64,000 nt of DNA, from NCBI GenBank assembly GCA_963753345.1, contig CAVWBU010000015.1, positions 120,203 to 184,202 on the forward strand, given 5' to 3'. Within the stretch, counting starts at the first letter, position 1, and the number at the start of each line of letters is the position of its first letter. This document shows positions 38,975 to 49,152 of this stretch, in pieces. Origin of the DNA: an uncultured Fibrobacterota bacterium. GTDB taxonomy: Bacteria; Fibrobacterota; Chitinivibrionia; Chitinivibrionales; FEN-1185. The translations under genes were made by a program, and so were the position numbers. The notes beneath the pieces were generated by a model. It searched no databases, had not been told where the DNA came from, and worked only from the letters and a program-made list of their open reading frames with translations.

Positions 38975-39938
38975 GGTCCCTCCGCGCGGGTGCCTGTCCG
39001 GCCGCCGGCGGAACGGCCGCAGGGCTTTTGTCGACAGACGGCAGCGGTCTGGTCCGCTCAAGAAAGGCCCGCGCCTCGGGGCCGAAACGATTCGCCGTAT
39101 CGTTGTCCGGAAGCCACTTGGCGAATTTGACCGGGTCGGTAGTTGAAAAGAACCAGTCGAGCACCTTTCGGTCCGCAGGCTCGAGCGGCGAGCGCTTCAC
39201 CCATTCGAGCATCTCGTAGGTGGTGAATTCGGCGGCGTTGACGTCGAACCTGCGCTCTATGTATCGTTTGACGATTTCCGACAGTTCAAACGCGTATTCC
39301 CTGATCATGCCCTTTGCCGGATAGTTTTTCGCCTCAAGGAGCGCCAGCGCGGCAATGGCCTCTTCATAGGGAGGCTTTCGCGGGATCTGGGGAACGGGTT
39401 TGGCTTTTTTCGACAGGAAACGGCGGCCGAGAACAACGGCAGTGACAAGCGCACTTATGACGAGAACCAGCCACAGCCAGGCAAAGGACGGCCTGCCCAC
39501 GCTCTGCTGGGGCTTGAGATCCTTGATCGACGCGGTGTCGGGCGAGGAAACCAAAAGGACGCGCAGGGGAACGGCCTGGGTGCGGAGCGTTTCGGCAGTT
39601 TTCTCTTTTGTCACATAGAAATCGAGCGCCGGAATAGTGCACGGCTCGGCGGTGTAGGTGGTGACGGAATAGTGGAAAACAACGCTGTCGGCGTTCTTCA
39701 TTTCCTTCCTGTCCGATGTCCATTCCTTCACCGAGAGCGCGCCGAAGCCGTTGTCCGTTGGCGGCGGGGTGATCTGGCTTCCGGGCGGCACGACCAGCGT
39801 CACGCCGAGATGGACTCTGTCGCCTATGTAGAGACTGTCCTGGCTCACGGAATTGGCAATTATGCTGCCGAAGCAGAGCGCCGGGAGCGCAGCGACGATG
39901 ATGGGATAAACAGTCAGGAGGTTCAGCATGGATCGCAT
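38964..39938 (-). CDS. Bat-operon conserved membrane protein (precedes batA)
   Basis: IGD N-terminal Ig-like part, IKDLK, one TM, PPYEEA..YIERRF..A.EFTT..D.VKFAK. Confidence 0.8.
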   Translation of the reverse strand: MRSMLNLLTVYPIIVAALPALCFGSIIANSVSQDSLYIGDRVHLGVTLVVPPGSQITPPPTDNGFGALSVKEWTSDRKEMKNADSVVFHYSVTTYTAEPCTIPALDFYVTKEKTAETLRTQAVPLRVLLVSSPDTASIKDLKPQQSVGRPSFAWLWLVLVISALVTAVVLGRRFLSKKAKPVPQIPRKPPYEEAIAALALLEAKNYPAKGMIREYAFELSEIVKRYIERRFDVNAAEFTTYEMLEWVKRSPLEPADRKVLDWFFSTTDPVKFAKWLPDNDTANRFGPEARAFLERTRPLPSVDKSPAAVPPAAGQAPARRDHAS

Positions 39939-40088
39939 AGTCAGTGGTCAGTCATGCATCAAGGCACGATAATTCGAATGAGTGAAAAAGCCCAACAGGA
40001 AAATCTCTTCATTACGTTTCGGTAACTCAATTTATTATTGAATGTTGCGGCTACTTAAAATAACTCTAAACATTAATAATATAAAGTC

Positions 40089-40265
40089 GGGCGTTTCCCT
40101 CCCCCTCGACCTCGCTCGGGGTCGGGTCGGTCTCCTTACGGGCTCGGCTATTCGCCTCGTTGCCGGACCGCCCCAAGTCGCCTGCGGCGAGGGGTCGGCC
40201 GGCAATTCGCTTTAGCTCACCCTCTAGTCCACCTAACGCGCGGCATAAGAAATCTATTCAGTCAA
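40089..40265 (+). repeat. Structured intergenic repeat family 1, copy C
   Basis: Aligns with copies A, B and D. Confidence 0.85.
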
Positions 40266-40334
40266 CTGTTTGTTCTTGCGCCAGCCTTCAACTTTTCAAC
40301 GCTTTAACATTTTTTCTTTTCAACTGCTCACCAT

Positions 40335-40476
40335 GGGTGCCCCTCAACCGAGGTTTGGTATGTGCAACTAATCTTTCTTGGGGGTCACCCAGGAGGGGGT
40401 AGCGCAGGACCGGCGCGGAATGAGATGAACTTTGAAAATACGAGCGCCGGGCCGGAGCGAGGGGGAGCCGTCCCCC
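40335..40476 (+). repeat. Structured intergenic repeat family 2, copy 3
   Basis: Aligns with copies at 14164, 18028 and 60886. Confidence 0.85.
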
Positions 40477-40602
40477 ACATGAAGATCTTCCTGCAAGATT
40501 ACCATAGATTTATGCCAGAATAATCCTCCTTTGCCATGTAGTAGTTTATCCTTCATCAATAAGCAAGAATGAAATGGAGTCACGTCGGTGCCCAAAAGAT
40601 TC

Positions 40603-41475
40603 ATGTACTTTATGCAAATCCTTCTTGCGTTTGCATTGGTATTCTGTTGTCAGGCAGGGGGAACCACGGATTCACATACCGGAAAAACTTCGGCGGGTTT
40701 CAAATTTGCTCCGGAATTCCATTTCAACGAGGACCTCCACCTGTTTTTCAATCAGAAGGACTCTATTTTCCAGCGCCGGTACTTGATGGAATGGAACAGC
40801 AGCGCCGAACTCGCGTTTTTCTCTTTTCGAGACCGGTTCTTCTTTTTCGGCGAGATGGAGGCTACGCTGGGGCTGGGCAAGTGGCCGAACAAGGCAATTC
40901 TATTCGATCCCAACGATATCGACATCGGCTTTGGCCCAATGCTGGAGTACAGGTTCGCTCCTGTCAATATCTCGCTGGGCCTCGACCATCACTGTTTTCA
41001 TGGAATCGACACCCTGGATTATGAGCCCGTCTACTGGAACAAGGTGACGCTGGGCGCTTCCTCGCCGCAGTTCAGGCACGAAGCGTTCCGGCAGGCGATT
41101 GCGGGGGAGACACCGCTTTCGTGGGACCGCAGGATCGCGTGGCAGGCCGGGATTGAGTATTCGCTGCACAGTTTTTTCGGACTCGATACCTCCGTGGTTT
41201 CCTGGAACCTGCCGTACGTGTTCGACGTCAACGGCGAGGTGCGCTGCGCCGTTGCGCGTTTCCGGTGGATTGCCGCGGTGCTGGACGCAAAGACCGGCGC
41301 GTACCTTACCCGCGCGAACCAGACAAAGTGGAATCAGCAGCTCTGCGCGGAATTGCTGGCGACGCAGGGGTTGTTCGGGCTTGATCTGTTTGTAAACTGG
41401 GTGGTCGTGGACCAGGTTCAGTGGCGCGGCAACAAGGACCGTCTCGTCGCCCTCGGCATCGACGGTTTCAGGTGA
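40603..41475 (+). CDS. Hypothetical secreted protein, probable beta-barrel
   Basis: Signal peptide, alternating hydrophobic strands and DHHCFH motif; start uncertain. Confidence 0.6.
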   Translation: MYFMQILLAFALVFCCQAGGTTDSHTGKTSAGFKFAPEFHFNEDLHLFFNQKDSIFQRRYLMEWNSSAELAFFSFRDRFFFFGEMEATLGLGKWPNKAILFDPNDIDIGFGPMLEYRFAPVNISLGLDHHCFHGIDTLDYEPVYWNKVTLGASSPQFRHEAFRQAIAGETPLSWDRRIAWQAGIEYSLHSFFGLDTSVVSWNLPYVFDVNGEVRCAVARFRWIAAVLDAKTGAYLTRANQTKWNQQLCAELLATQGLFGLDLFVNWVVVDQVQWRGNKDRLVALGIDGFR

Positions 41476-41500
41476 GCCGTCTATTATTTTTTAGTGCACC

Positions 41501-42667
41501 ATGAAAACCGAATTCGACATCATCCGCATCCTCAGCGAAAACGAGGAGAAGCTTTCTCCCTTTGCAAAGAAGAGCGCGCAAACGCTCGGGAGAAAGTTCC
41601 CTATACGGCGCGACCCGTTCCGCCTGGAGTTCGCGCGCGACGAGACGCGCATCCTGCACAGCCCGCCCTTCCGGCGGCTCAAGCACAAGACGCAGGTGTT
41701 TTTGTCGCCCGATAACGACCATATCTGCACGCGCATGGAGCACGTGCTCCATGTTTCGAGCATCGCCTCGGTGATCGGCCGCTGCCTCAACCTCAACATC
41801 GATCTCATCAACGCCATCGCCAAGGGGCACGACCTGGGCCACCCGCCGTTCGGCCACGCGGGCGAGCGCGAGCTTGACAAACTCCTCAGGGCCCACGGCG
41901 TGGCGCAGGGCTTCAAACACGAAATCCACGGGCTCCGTGTGGTCGACAAGCTCACCAACTATGGCGCGGGGCTCAACCTCACCTACGAGGTGCGCGACGG
42001 GATCATCACGCACTGCGGGGAAAGCTTCGACCGGGAAGTGGTGCCCGACCGGGGCCGCGACCTCACCAGGCTGGAGGACATTCACGAACGCAACGCTCTG
42101 CCCTCCACGCTTGAAGGGTGCCTCGTGAGAATGGTTGACCGCAGCGCGTATCTGGGCCGCGACCTCGAGGACGGAATCAAGGCCGGGCTCGTCCGCAAGT
42201 CCGATATTCCCGCCGCGGTCGTCCGCGGGCTGGGCGACGACAATGGCGCCATCATCGGCCGTTTTGTCAACGACATCATCGCCAACAGCATCGACCGGGA
42301 CGCCATTGCCATGAGCAGGGAAGCGCTCGACCTGATGGAGCGGCTCAAGGACTTCAACTACGAGCGCATCTACGACCATCCGGAGGTGGCGGGCAAGGCG
42401 AGGAAATCCGGACATATTCTGGGACTGCTGTTCGAGGAACTCATGAGCATTCTCAAGAGGTCGGACCGCGGCAAAGACCTTTCGGCGGTCCACGCCATTG
42501 TGCGCGACGCGCCGACCATGGAGGTTTTTTTCCATTTTATCAAGAACACGAACTACGTCGATGCAACGCCCGCCTGGCGCATCGCGGCCGACTATATTGC
42601 GGGAATGACCGATCATTTCGCGGAAAGGACGTATATCCAGCTCTTCGTGCCCACGCCCATGATTTAA
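41501..42667 (+). CDS. dGTPase-like HD-domain dNTP triphosphohydrolase
   Basis: FRRLKHKTQVF, TRMEH, GHDLGHPPFGHAGE and DYIAGMTD. Confidence 0.92.
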   Translation: MKTEFDIIRILSENEEKLSPFAKKSAQTLGRKFPIRRDPFRLEFARDETRILHSPPFRRLKHKTQVFLSPDNDHICTRMEHVLHVSSIASVIGRCLNLNIDLINAIAKGHDLGHPPFGHAGERELDKLLRAHGVAQGFKHEIHGLRVVDKLTNYGAGLNLTYEVRDGIITHCGESFDREVVPDRGRDLTRLEDIHERNALPSTLEGCLVRMVDRSAYLGRDLEDGIKAGLVRKSDIPAAVVRGLGDDNGAIIGRFVNDIIANSIDRDAIAMSREALDLMERLKDFNYERIYDHPEVAGKARKSGHILGLLFEELMSILKRSDRGKDLSAVHAIVRDAPTMEVFFHFIKNTNYVDATPAWRIAADYIAGMTDHFAERTYIQLFVPTPMI

Positions 42668-42712
42668 CGGGGAAGGACGCGGCCTGCGCCGTCGCGCCGC
42701 TGGAACATCGCC

Positions 42713-42976
42713 ATGGCATCCAACCGTATTAAGCTTTCGAACGGCAAACAGGAATACCAGTCCTTTTTCGAGGAGTTGTGGAATTCCTTCTGGTATCCTC
42801 CGCGCATCAATTGCCCAAAGTGCGGGAGCGTCAACGTGGAGTACTACGATCCCTTCTTTTTTTCGCCCGTCCGCACCCTTAAGGGACACCGCCGCGTGAA
42901 GTGCCCGGCGTGCAAGTTCATCTGGAGACCGAGCAGGCGGCGCAAGCCGTTCTGGCAGGGACGCGGGCCGTTGTGA
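42713..42976 (+). CDS. Small zinc-ribbon hypothetical protein
   Basis: CPKC...CPAC; 87 aa; host-like codon usage. Confidence 0.6.
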   Translation: MASNRIKLSNGKQEYQSFFEELWNSFWYPPRINCPKCGSVNVEYYDPFFFSPVRTLKGHRRVKCPACKFIWRPSRRRKPFWQGRGPL

Positions 42977-43090
42977 TGTATATTTTGACCGAAGTTCGTG
43001 GGGCAAGAGAGAATCGCCGGTTCCGTGATTCCAAGGGGCGGACGTGACATGATGCCGCTGCCCGCGGTCTAACGAATAACGGAGGGAGTT

Positions 43091-43591
43091 ATGCGGAACA
43101 CCGGTGCCGTAATCGTGTTGCTGTTTGTTTGCCTGGCGGGAGGCCAGGACGCGCAGTCTTATAAGTCAACAGGTGATTCCCTCAAAGGCAGTCTCCTGGA
43201 CGCGTCGAGATTCTCCATTCATAACAGCCTTAGTTTCGGCATGGCCTCGGCAAGCGGTTACTCGCTGCAATCCCAGGGCCTGTACAGCACCATGCTCAGC
43301 TACAGGGTTTCGCAGCCGATCACGCTCAACCTGAATTTCGGGTTCCCGCTTTTTTCCACGTTCAGCGCGGGCCAGAACCTCACGTCGCAGAACATAACAT
43401 CGGCAGAATACTTCCGGAACATGCCGCTGGCCGCGTCGCTTTCCTGGAAAGCTACCGACAACATGTTTTTCCTTCTGAGCGTTGAACATGTGCCGGAAGG
43501 ATACTATTCCGATTTCAATTCCCCGCTGTACTACCTTCCCGTCAACAGGGGCGCGGCCGCCGCCATCGCGCCGTTGTCGGGCGGCCGCTGA
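43091..43591 (+). CDS. Hypothetical secreted protein
   Basis: GGAGG RBS, signal peptide and beta-rich sequence. Confidence 0.65.
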   Translation: MRNTGAVIVLLFVCLAGGQDAQSYKSTGDSLKGSLLDASRFSIHNSLSFGMASASGYSLQSQGLYSTMLSYRVSQPITLNLNFGFPLFSTFSAGQNLTSQNITSAEYFRNMPLAASLSWKATDNMFFLLSVEHVPEGYYSDFNSPLYYLPVNRGAAAAIAPLSGGR

Positions 43592-43596
43592 CGCGC

Positions 43597-43836
43597 CTAC
43601 AGGTTCAGTCCCTTCAACTTTTTTTCGATGCGAAGACCCACCTTCTGCCACAGCTCGGGCATCTTGATGGGCTGGCCCTTACGGAGCTTGAATGATTTCA
43701 TCGCCTCGGCGATTTCAGCCTCGACCAATCTTGTCCCAAGCCCGTGACGGATGCTGAAGTAATTGCACAGTTCCTGCTTTGAGCGCCACCGGAACGAGTC
43801 GCTCCGGGGCACAAGCTTCTTTTCGTGCATGTTCAT
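43597..43836 (-). CDS. Small hypothetical protein
   Basis: ATG overlaps the ispE stop codon, GGAGG RBS, 79 aa. Confidence 0.6.
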   Translation of the reverse strand: MNMHEKKLVPRSDSFRWRSKQELCNYFSIRHGLGTRLVEAEIAEAMKSFKLRKGQPIKMPELWQKVGLRIEKKLKGLNL

Positions 43837-44720
43837 CCCTCCCGCCGGATGTCCGGCTTATTTTCGGGACAGGTGGAAACCAGCACCGACGCGTGACCAA
43901 CGCGTTCTTTGATACGATCGAAGTCGGCAGGCGAATCGAGCATGCCGACCACCGTGGAACCCGAACCGCTCAATACCGCACTTTCGCATCCCGCGTCAAG
44001 GAGACGCCGCTTGATGTCCAAAAGAACCGGGTACCGTGGAAATACGAAAAGCTCGAAGTCGTTGTGCATGGCGGCGCAAACGCCCGGCCGGTCGCCCTTG
44101 AGCAGACATTCCCTCATAGCAAGCGTTTGGGACTTGTCGCGCCCGATGCGGGAATAGTCGATGTGCCGGTACGCCTCGGCGGTGGAAACGCCGAAGTCGG
44201 GCGTGACGAGGATCGCGTCGAAACGAAGCGGGGTAGGCACGGGTTCGACGGTTCCGCCCGCCTCGGTGTCGAGCGCCGTGCCTCCGGTAAAATAGTAGGG
44301 AACGTCCATGCCCGCTCTGCACGCCAGATCAATGAGTCTGATTTTGTCAATATCGAGGCCCCAAAGCTCCGGCAGAAGCAGAAACATAACGGCGGCATCG
44401 GCGCTCCCGCCTGCCAGCCCGCCCTGCACGGGAATGCGCTTCTCGATGGTGACCTTGACATTGCGGGAAATGCGGCATTCGCTTTTGAGAATGTCGGCGA
44501 CCTTCCAGCAGATGTTCGAGGCGTCGAGGGGCACAAGCGGGTTGTCGCAGACGATGCGCATCTGCGGCGAGTCTTCGACGGTGATTGTGTCGTGAAGGCT
44601 TATGGCGTGTTTTATCGCCGAAAGCTCGTGGAAGCCTGCGAAGGGACCGGAACGGACTTTTCCGATGATGTCAAGCGCAAGCGTAATGCGGGTGTAACAG
44701 CGGGCCGAAACGCTCTTCAT
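43833..44720 (-). CDS. ispE: 4-diphosphocytidyl-2-C-methyl-D-erythritol kinase
   Basis: KRIPVQGGLAGGSADAA, GMDVPY, NDFE and LSGSGST; adjacent to dxs. Confidence 0.9.
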   Translation of the reverse strand: MKSVSARCYTRITLALDIIGKVRSGPFAGFHELSAIKHAISLHDTITVEDSPQMRIVCDNPLVPLDASNICWKVADILKSECRISRNVKVTIEKRIPVQGGLAGGSADAAVMFLLLPELWGLDIDKIRLIDLACRAGMDVPYYFTGGTALDTEAGGTVEPVPTPLRFDAILVTPDFGVSTAEAYRHIDYSRIGRDKSQTLAMRECLLKGDRPGVCAAMHNDFELFVFPRYPVLLDIKRRLLDAGCESAVLSGSGSTVVGMLDSPADFDRIKERVGHASVLVSTCPENKPDIRREG

Positions 44721-44735
44721 GGCAACCAAAATATA

Positions 44736-46631
44736 TCACTGCGCGACCCGGTTACCGTGCCAGACGAAACCGGCGACCTGGTTGGCCACCGACTGCGGGT
44801 CGAGCCTTATTGTTTCGAGAATGCGGGCGCTGGCGCCGTGTTCGAGGAAACAGTCCGGATAGCCCAGCCTCAGGATACGGGAGACGGGGACGCCCGCGCC
44901 TGCGGCGAATTCCAGCACCGCCGAACCGAACCCGGCTGCAAGCGTGTTGCTCTCCAGCGTGACCACCTGCACATGCTCGGCGAAAAGCCGCGCGTAGAAT
45001 TCCGCGGAAAGCGGCTTCACGAAGCGCGCGTTCACCAGGGTGGGGCAAAGACCTTGCTTTTCGAGAATTGCGCGGACGGCGCGGCCGGTCGAAAGCGTGT
45101 CGCCGGCGCACACGATTGCGCATCCGGTCCCGCGCTCGGCAACCTCGGGTTCGGGGATTGAAAGAACGGCGACGTCGCCGGCAACGTCGTCGGGTACGCA
45201 CCCGCGCGGATAGCGGATGAACACCGGTCCCTTGACATAGGCCATGGCCGTGTGCAGCATGCGCCGGAGCTCGGTGCCGTTTGCGGGCGCCATAATAACT
45301 GCGCCGGGCACGGTCCGGAGAAAGGACAGGTCGAGCGTGCCGTGATGAGTGGGACCGTCCTCTCCCACGAGCCCGGCGCGGTCGATGCAGAACGTCACGT
45401 TGAGGCTGTCGAGCGCGACGTCGTGGATCACCTGGTCAAAGGCGCGCTGAAGAAACGTTGAATACACGGCCACCACCGGCTTGAGTCCCGAAAGGGCAAG
45501 TCCCGCGGCAAACGTCACCGCATGACCTTCCGCGATGCCCACGTCGAAGAACCGCGCGGGAAACGCTTCGGAGAATTGCGTAAGCCCGGTGCCGTCGGGC
45601 ATCGCCGCGGTAATCGCCACGACATCGCTGCGCGCAGCGCCGATTTCGACCATGGTTTTTCCGAACACGTCGCTGTACGACGGTTTTCCCCCGGACGAGC
45701 ACACCGGGTCGCCGGTGTCGATTGAAAACCTGGAGACCCCGTGGTACTTGGTGGCGTTGTCCTCCGCGAAGCGGTAGCCCTTGCCCTTGGTGGTGAGCGT
45801 GTGCACCAGCACCGGGCCTTCGGTGTGGTCTTTGACAAAGCGGAATATCTCAACGAGTTCGCCGGTGTTGTGGCCGTCCACCGGCCCGAAGTAGCGGAGG
45901 CCCATGTCCTCGAACAGCTTGCCCGGAATCACCACGTGCTTGACCGTTTCGTCTATATTGTGAAGCAGTGTTCGGATCCGGCTGCCGAACCCGGCGAGGC
46001 GCCCGGTGAGCTCCCACACTTCGTCCTTGAGCTTCTTGTACCGTTTGTCGGTGATCACCCTCGTAAGGTACCGCGACAGCGCACCCACGTTTCTGGAGAT
46101 CGACATCTTGTTGTCGTTCACCACGATGATCATGTTCGTCGACAGCGAGCCCAGGTTGTTGAGACCCTCAAAGGAAAGGCCGCCCGAAAGCGAGCCGTCG
46201 CCGATGATCGCGACGACCGCGTGGTTCTCCTTTTTCAAGTCGCGGCCGATGGCAAGGCCCAAAGCGGCGGAAATCGAGGTTGACGCGTGACCGACGCTCA
46301 CCGCGTCGTATTCGCTTTCGGAGGTCCTGGGAAATCCGCTGATGCCGCCGAATTGCCTGAGGTTTTTAAACTGGTCTCTCCTGCCGGTGAGAATTTTGTG
46401 CGCATAGGCCTGGTGGCCCACGTCCCATACCAGCTTGTCGGTAGGCGTGTCGAAGCAGTAATGGAGCGCAACGGCCAGTTCCACCGCGCCCAGGCTTGAC
46501 GCGAGGTGGCCGCCGCTCTGGCTCACGTGCTCGAGCATGAAGCCGCGGATCTCCTCCGCCACCGCAGGGAGTTTGTCAAGCGGAAGTTTTCTCAGGTCGG
46601 CGGGGCTGTTAATTGAGGCTATGAGGCCCAT
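44736..46631 (-). CDS. dxs: 1-deoxy-D-xylulose-5-phosphate synthase
   Basis: GGHLASSLG, WDVGHQ, GDGS..NDN, DVGIAE, DRAGLVGEDGPTH and RYPRG. Confidence 0.97.
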   Translation of the reverse strand: MGLIASINSPADLRKLPLDKLPAVAEEIRGFMLEHVSQSGGHLASSLGAVELAVALHYCFDTPTDKLVWDVGHQAYAHKILTGRRDQFKNLRQFGGISGFPRTSESEYDAVSVGHASTSISAALGLAIGRDLKKENHAVVAIIGDGSLSGGLSFEGLNNLGSLSTNMIIVVNDNKMSISRNVGALSRYLTRVITDKRYKKLKDEVWELTGRLAGFGSRIRTLLHNIDETVKHVVIPGKLFEDMGLRYFGPVDGHNTGELVEIFRFVKDHTEGPVLVHTLTTKGKGYRFAEDNATKYHGVSRFSIDTGDPVCSSGGKPSYSDVFGKTMVEIGAARSDVVAITAAMPDGTGLTQFSEAFPARFFDVGIAEGHAVTFAAGLALSGLKPVVAVYSTFLQRAFDQVIHDVALDSLNVTFCIDRAGLVGEDGPTHHGTLDLSFLRTVPGAVIMAPANGTELRRMLHTAMAYVKGPVFIRYPRGCVPDDVAGDVAVLSIPEPEVAERGTGCAIVCAGDTLSTGRAVRAILEKQGLCPTLVNARFVKPLSAEFYARLFAEHVQVVTLESNTLAAGFGSAVLEFAAGAGVPVSRILRLGYPDCFLEHGASARILETIRLDPQSVANQVAGFVWHGNRVAQ

Positions 46632-46751
46632 GTGGTGAAACGTATTTTAAGAATTGTCTTTGTGGTGATTTGATAAACGGCGTTACGTAAAAGATACCTG
46701 AAAGCGAAATCGATATCAACAATTACGTCTGCGGATCACCGGTTATTTGTT

Positions 46752-47948
46752 ATGAGTGACGGAGAGGAAAAGAAGTTTTTCGAGCTTGTGGGTGCCGATG
46801 CCGCTTCCGGGGCGCGTGCCGGCGTGCTGCGCACCGCGCATTCCGTTGTCGAAACGCCGGTCTTTATGCCGGTGGGCACGCAGGCAACCGTCAAGGCGCT
46901 GTCGCCGGCCGACCTTGACGAGTGCGGATGTTCCATCATTCTCGCCAACACCTACCATCTGCACCTGAGGCCCGGCGACGCGCTGGTCGCGGAGGCGGGC
47001 GGGCTGCATTCGTTCGAACACTGGAACAAGTCGATCCTCACCGACAGCGGCGGGTTTCAGGTGTTCAGCCTCCGCGACATATCGAAGATCACCGACGACG
47101 GCGTGTGGTTCCAGTCGTACATCGACGGGTCGAAGCATTTTTTCTCGCCCGAGCGCTCGGTTGAGATCCAGCGCAATCTCGGCGCCGACGTCATCATGAT
47201 GTTCGACGAGTGTCCACCCGCCAACGCGGGCGAAAAGGCCATTGCGTCCGCGGTGGACCGGACGCTGCAGTGGGCACGGCGGTGCTGTCAAGCGCATCTG
47301 TCAATGCCGTTGCGCCATGCGACCCCCCAGGCGCTTTTTGCCATTGTCCAGGGAGGGACAAACAGGGAGCAGCGCCGCCGCTGCGCGGAAGAACTCGGCG
47401 CGCTTGCCGTGCCGGGCTACGCGCTGGGCGGGCTTGCGGTGGGGGAATCGGCCGCCGAAATGTACGATACCGCCGAGTATACGTGCGGTCTTTTGCCGCG
47501 CGACAAGCCGCGGTATCTGATGGGCGTGGGCACGCCGGAAAACATTCTCGAATGCATCGGCCGTGGCGTGGACATGTTCGACTGCGTGCTTCCTACGAGA
47601 AACGCGCGCAATGGGACAGCGTTTTCCTGGAACGGCACGGTCCACATCCGCAACGCCTGCAATACCCGCGACTTCAGCCGCGGGATCGACCGTTCGTGCG
47701 GGTGTTATGCGTGCCGCAATTTTTCACGAGCATACCTGCGGCACCTGTTCTGTGCGGGCGAAATCCTGTCGCTGCGCCTGCTCACGCTGCACAACGTGTA
47801 TTTCTACATGGAGCTTGCGCGCCGGGCGCGCGAAAGCATTCTTGCCGGCACTTTTGCTTCGTTTCGCGTGGAAGCGCTGCGGAGCATGAACCCGGTGCCG
47901 GATGAAGAAGAAACGGAAGCAAAGGAGTCGCATGACCAATCCGCTTGA
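46752..47948 (+). CDS. tgt: tRNA-guanine transglycosylase
   Basis: TPVFMPVGT, NTYHL, TDSGGFQV, YLMGVG, DMFDCVLPTR and CxCxxC..H zinc site. Confidence 0.96.
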   Translation: MSDGEEKKFFELVGADAASGARAGVLRTAHSVVETPVFMPVGTQATVKALSPADLDECGCSIILANTYHLHLRPGDALVAEAGGLHSFEHWNKSILTDSGGFQVFSLRDISKITDDGVWFQSYIDGSKHFFSPERSVEIQRNLGADVIMMFDECPPANAGEKAIASAVDRTLQWARRCCQAHLSMPLRHATPQALFAIVQGGTNREQRRRCAEELGALAVPGYALGGLAVGESAAEMYDTAEYTCGLLPRDKPRYLMGVGTPENILECIGRGVDMFDCVLPTRNARNGTAFSWNGTVHIRNACNTRDFSRGIDRSCGCYACRNFSRAYLRHLFCAGEILSLRLLTLHNVYFYMELARRARESILAGTFASFRVEALRSMNPVPDEEETEAKESHDQSA

Positions 47949-48884
47949 AGAATGCGCGCGCATCGCGCTGTCGGAATGTCTTGGCCTTGGACGGAGGGAG
48001 CGGCTTCTTGTCGTATGCGACCCGCCGTGCTCAGAAATAGGGGACGCGTTCTGGAGCGTAGGGTCCGCCCTGTGCCGCGAGGCCGTGATGGTGAGAATTG
48101 CGCCCCGCAAGCAGAACGGGAACGAACCGCCGCAGCCCGTGGGCGGGTGGTTCGGCCAGTTCGACGTTGCAGTGATGCCCACCTCTCGCTCACTGTCGCA
48201 CACGCAGGCGCGAAGAAAGGCGAGCGAGGGGGGAACGCGCATCGCCACTCTGCCCGGCATCACCGCCGACATTTTCACGCGCACCATGCGTGCCGACTGG
48301 AAGAAACTCGGCATTGTCACGCGCCGGGTGGCGGCGCAGCTCTCGGGCGCTTCGCGGATAAGGATCACAACGCAGGCAGGCACCGACCTTTCGTTCGATA
48401 CGGGCGGCCGGTCTGCAAAACCGGACGACGGGAGGCTCATTTACAAAGGCGCGTTCGGCAACTTCCTTCCGGGGAGGCGTACCTGGCGCCGCTGGAAGGG
48501 ACCGCAGAGGGAACGCTCGCCGTCGACGGCTCGTTTCCGCTCGGTGGCCTTTTGTCAACGCCGCTCGTTGTTCGCGTTCGCAACGGAAAGGTCGAAGAGG
48601 TTGGCGATCATCCGTGCAGGGCCGAGCTTGAGCAGCTCTTCAGGAAATATGGTTCGCCCGCCAGGAATATTGCGGAATTCGGCGTGGGCACGCTTGACAG
48701 CGCAAGAATATCCGGCAACACGCTTGAAGACGAGAAGGTGAAGGGCACCTGCCACATTGCTTTGGGCGACAACGCGTCCATGGGCGGGGCCGTGCGGGTT
48801 CAGATGCATCTGGATGGGATACTAAGACGTCCGACGGTTTGGTTGGATGAGAAATTGTGGATGAAAGATGGTGTAATAATATGA
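47932..48884 (+). pseudogene. M29-like (thermophilic metalloprotease) aminopeptidase split by a frameshift near 48463
   Basis: SLSHT..ATLPGIT, then GN|LPSGEAY, NIAEFGVG, EDEK and HIALGDN..HLD in the other frame. One missing base; probably a sequencing indel. Confidence 0.8.
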
Positions 48885-48903
48885 GACAAAATGAGATCTC
48901 GTA

Positions 48904-49067
48904 TGGGCGCCCCGCCGCTTTGCGGCGGCGGCCGTCCTTTCGGTCTCGGCCGGTGGCCTCGGGCCACCGTGGCCCTATGCCGCTACGCGGCGGGTCCGGG
49001 TGGCACCGCGCTCTAGCGCGGCCTTCAGTCCTGCCTGGCGCGCGGCAAGGGGGATACTATCAGTCAA
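48904..49067 (+). repeat. Structured intergenic repeat family 1, copy D (divergent)
   Basis: Same architecture as copies A-C, with a compensatory closing stem GCGCC/GGCGC. Confidence 0.75.
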
Positions 49068-49152
49068 TTGAATTTTCTGCGCCATCCGAAGTCTCCGCAA
49101 AGAACATCAAAGAATTTTCTTAAACTATTCAACGTTTCAACTTTTCAACTCT

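Noticed and set aside
41501-42976. Anti-phage dGTPase defence system
   Set aside because: A short housekeeping-type dGTPase-like protein with host-like composition among core genes; no defence-island context.
48455-48475. Programmed ribosomal frameshift in the aminopeptidase or BatD genes
   Set aside because: No slippery heptamer or stimulatory structure seen; several unrelated genes show the same defect.
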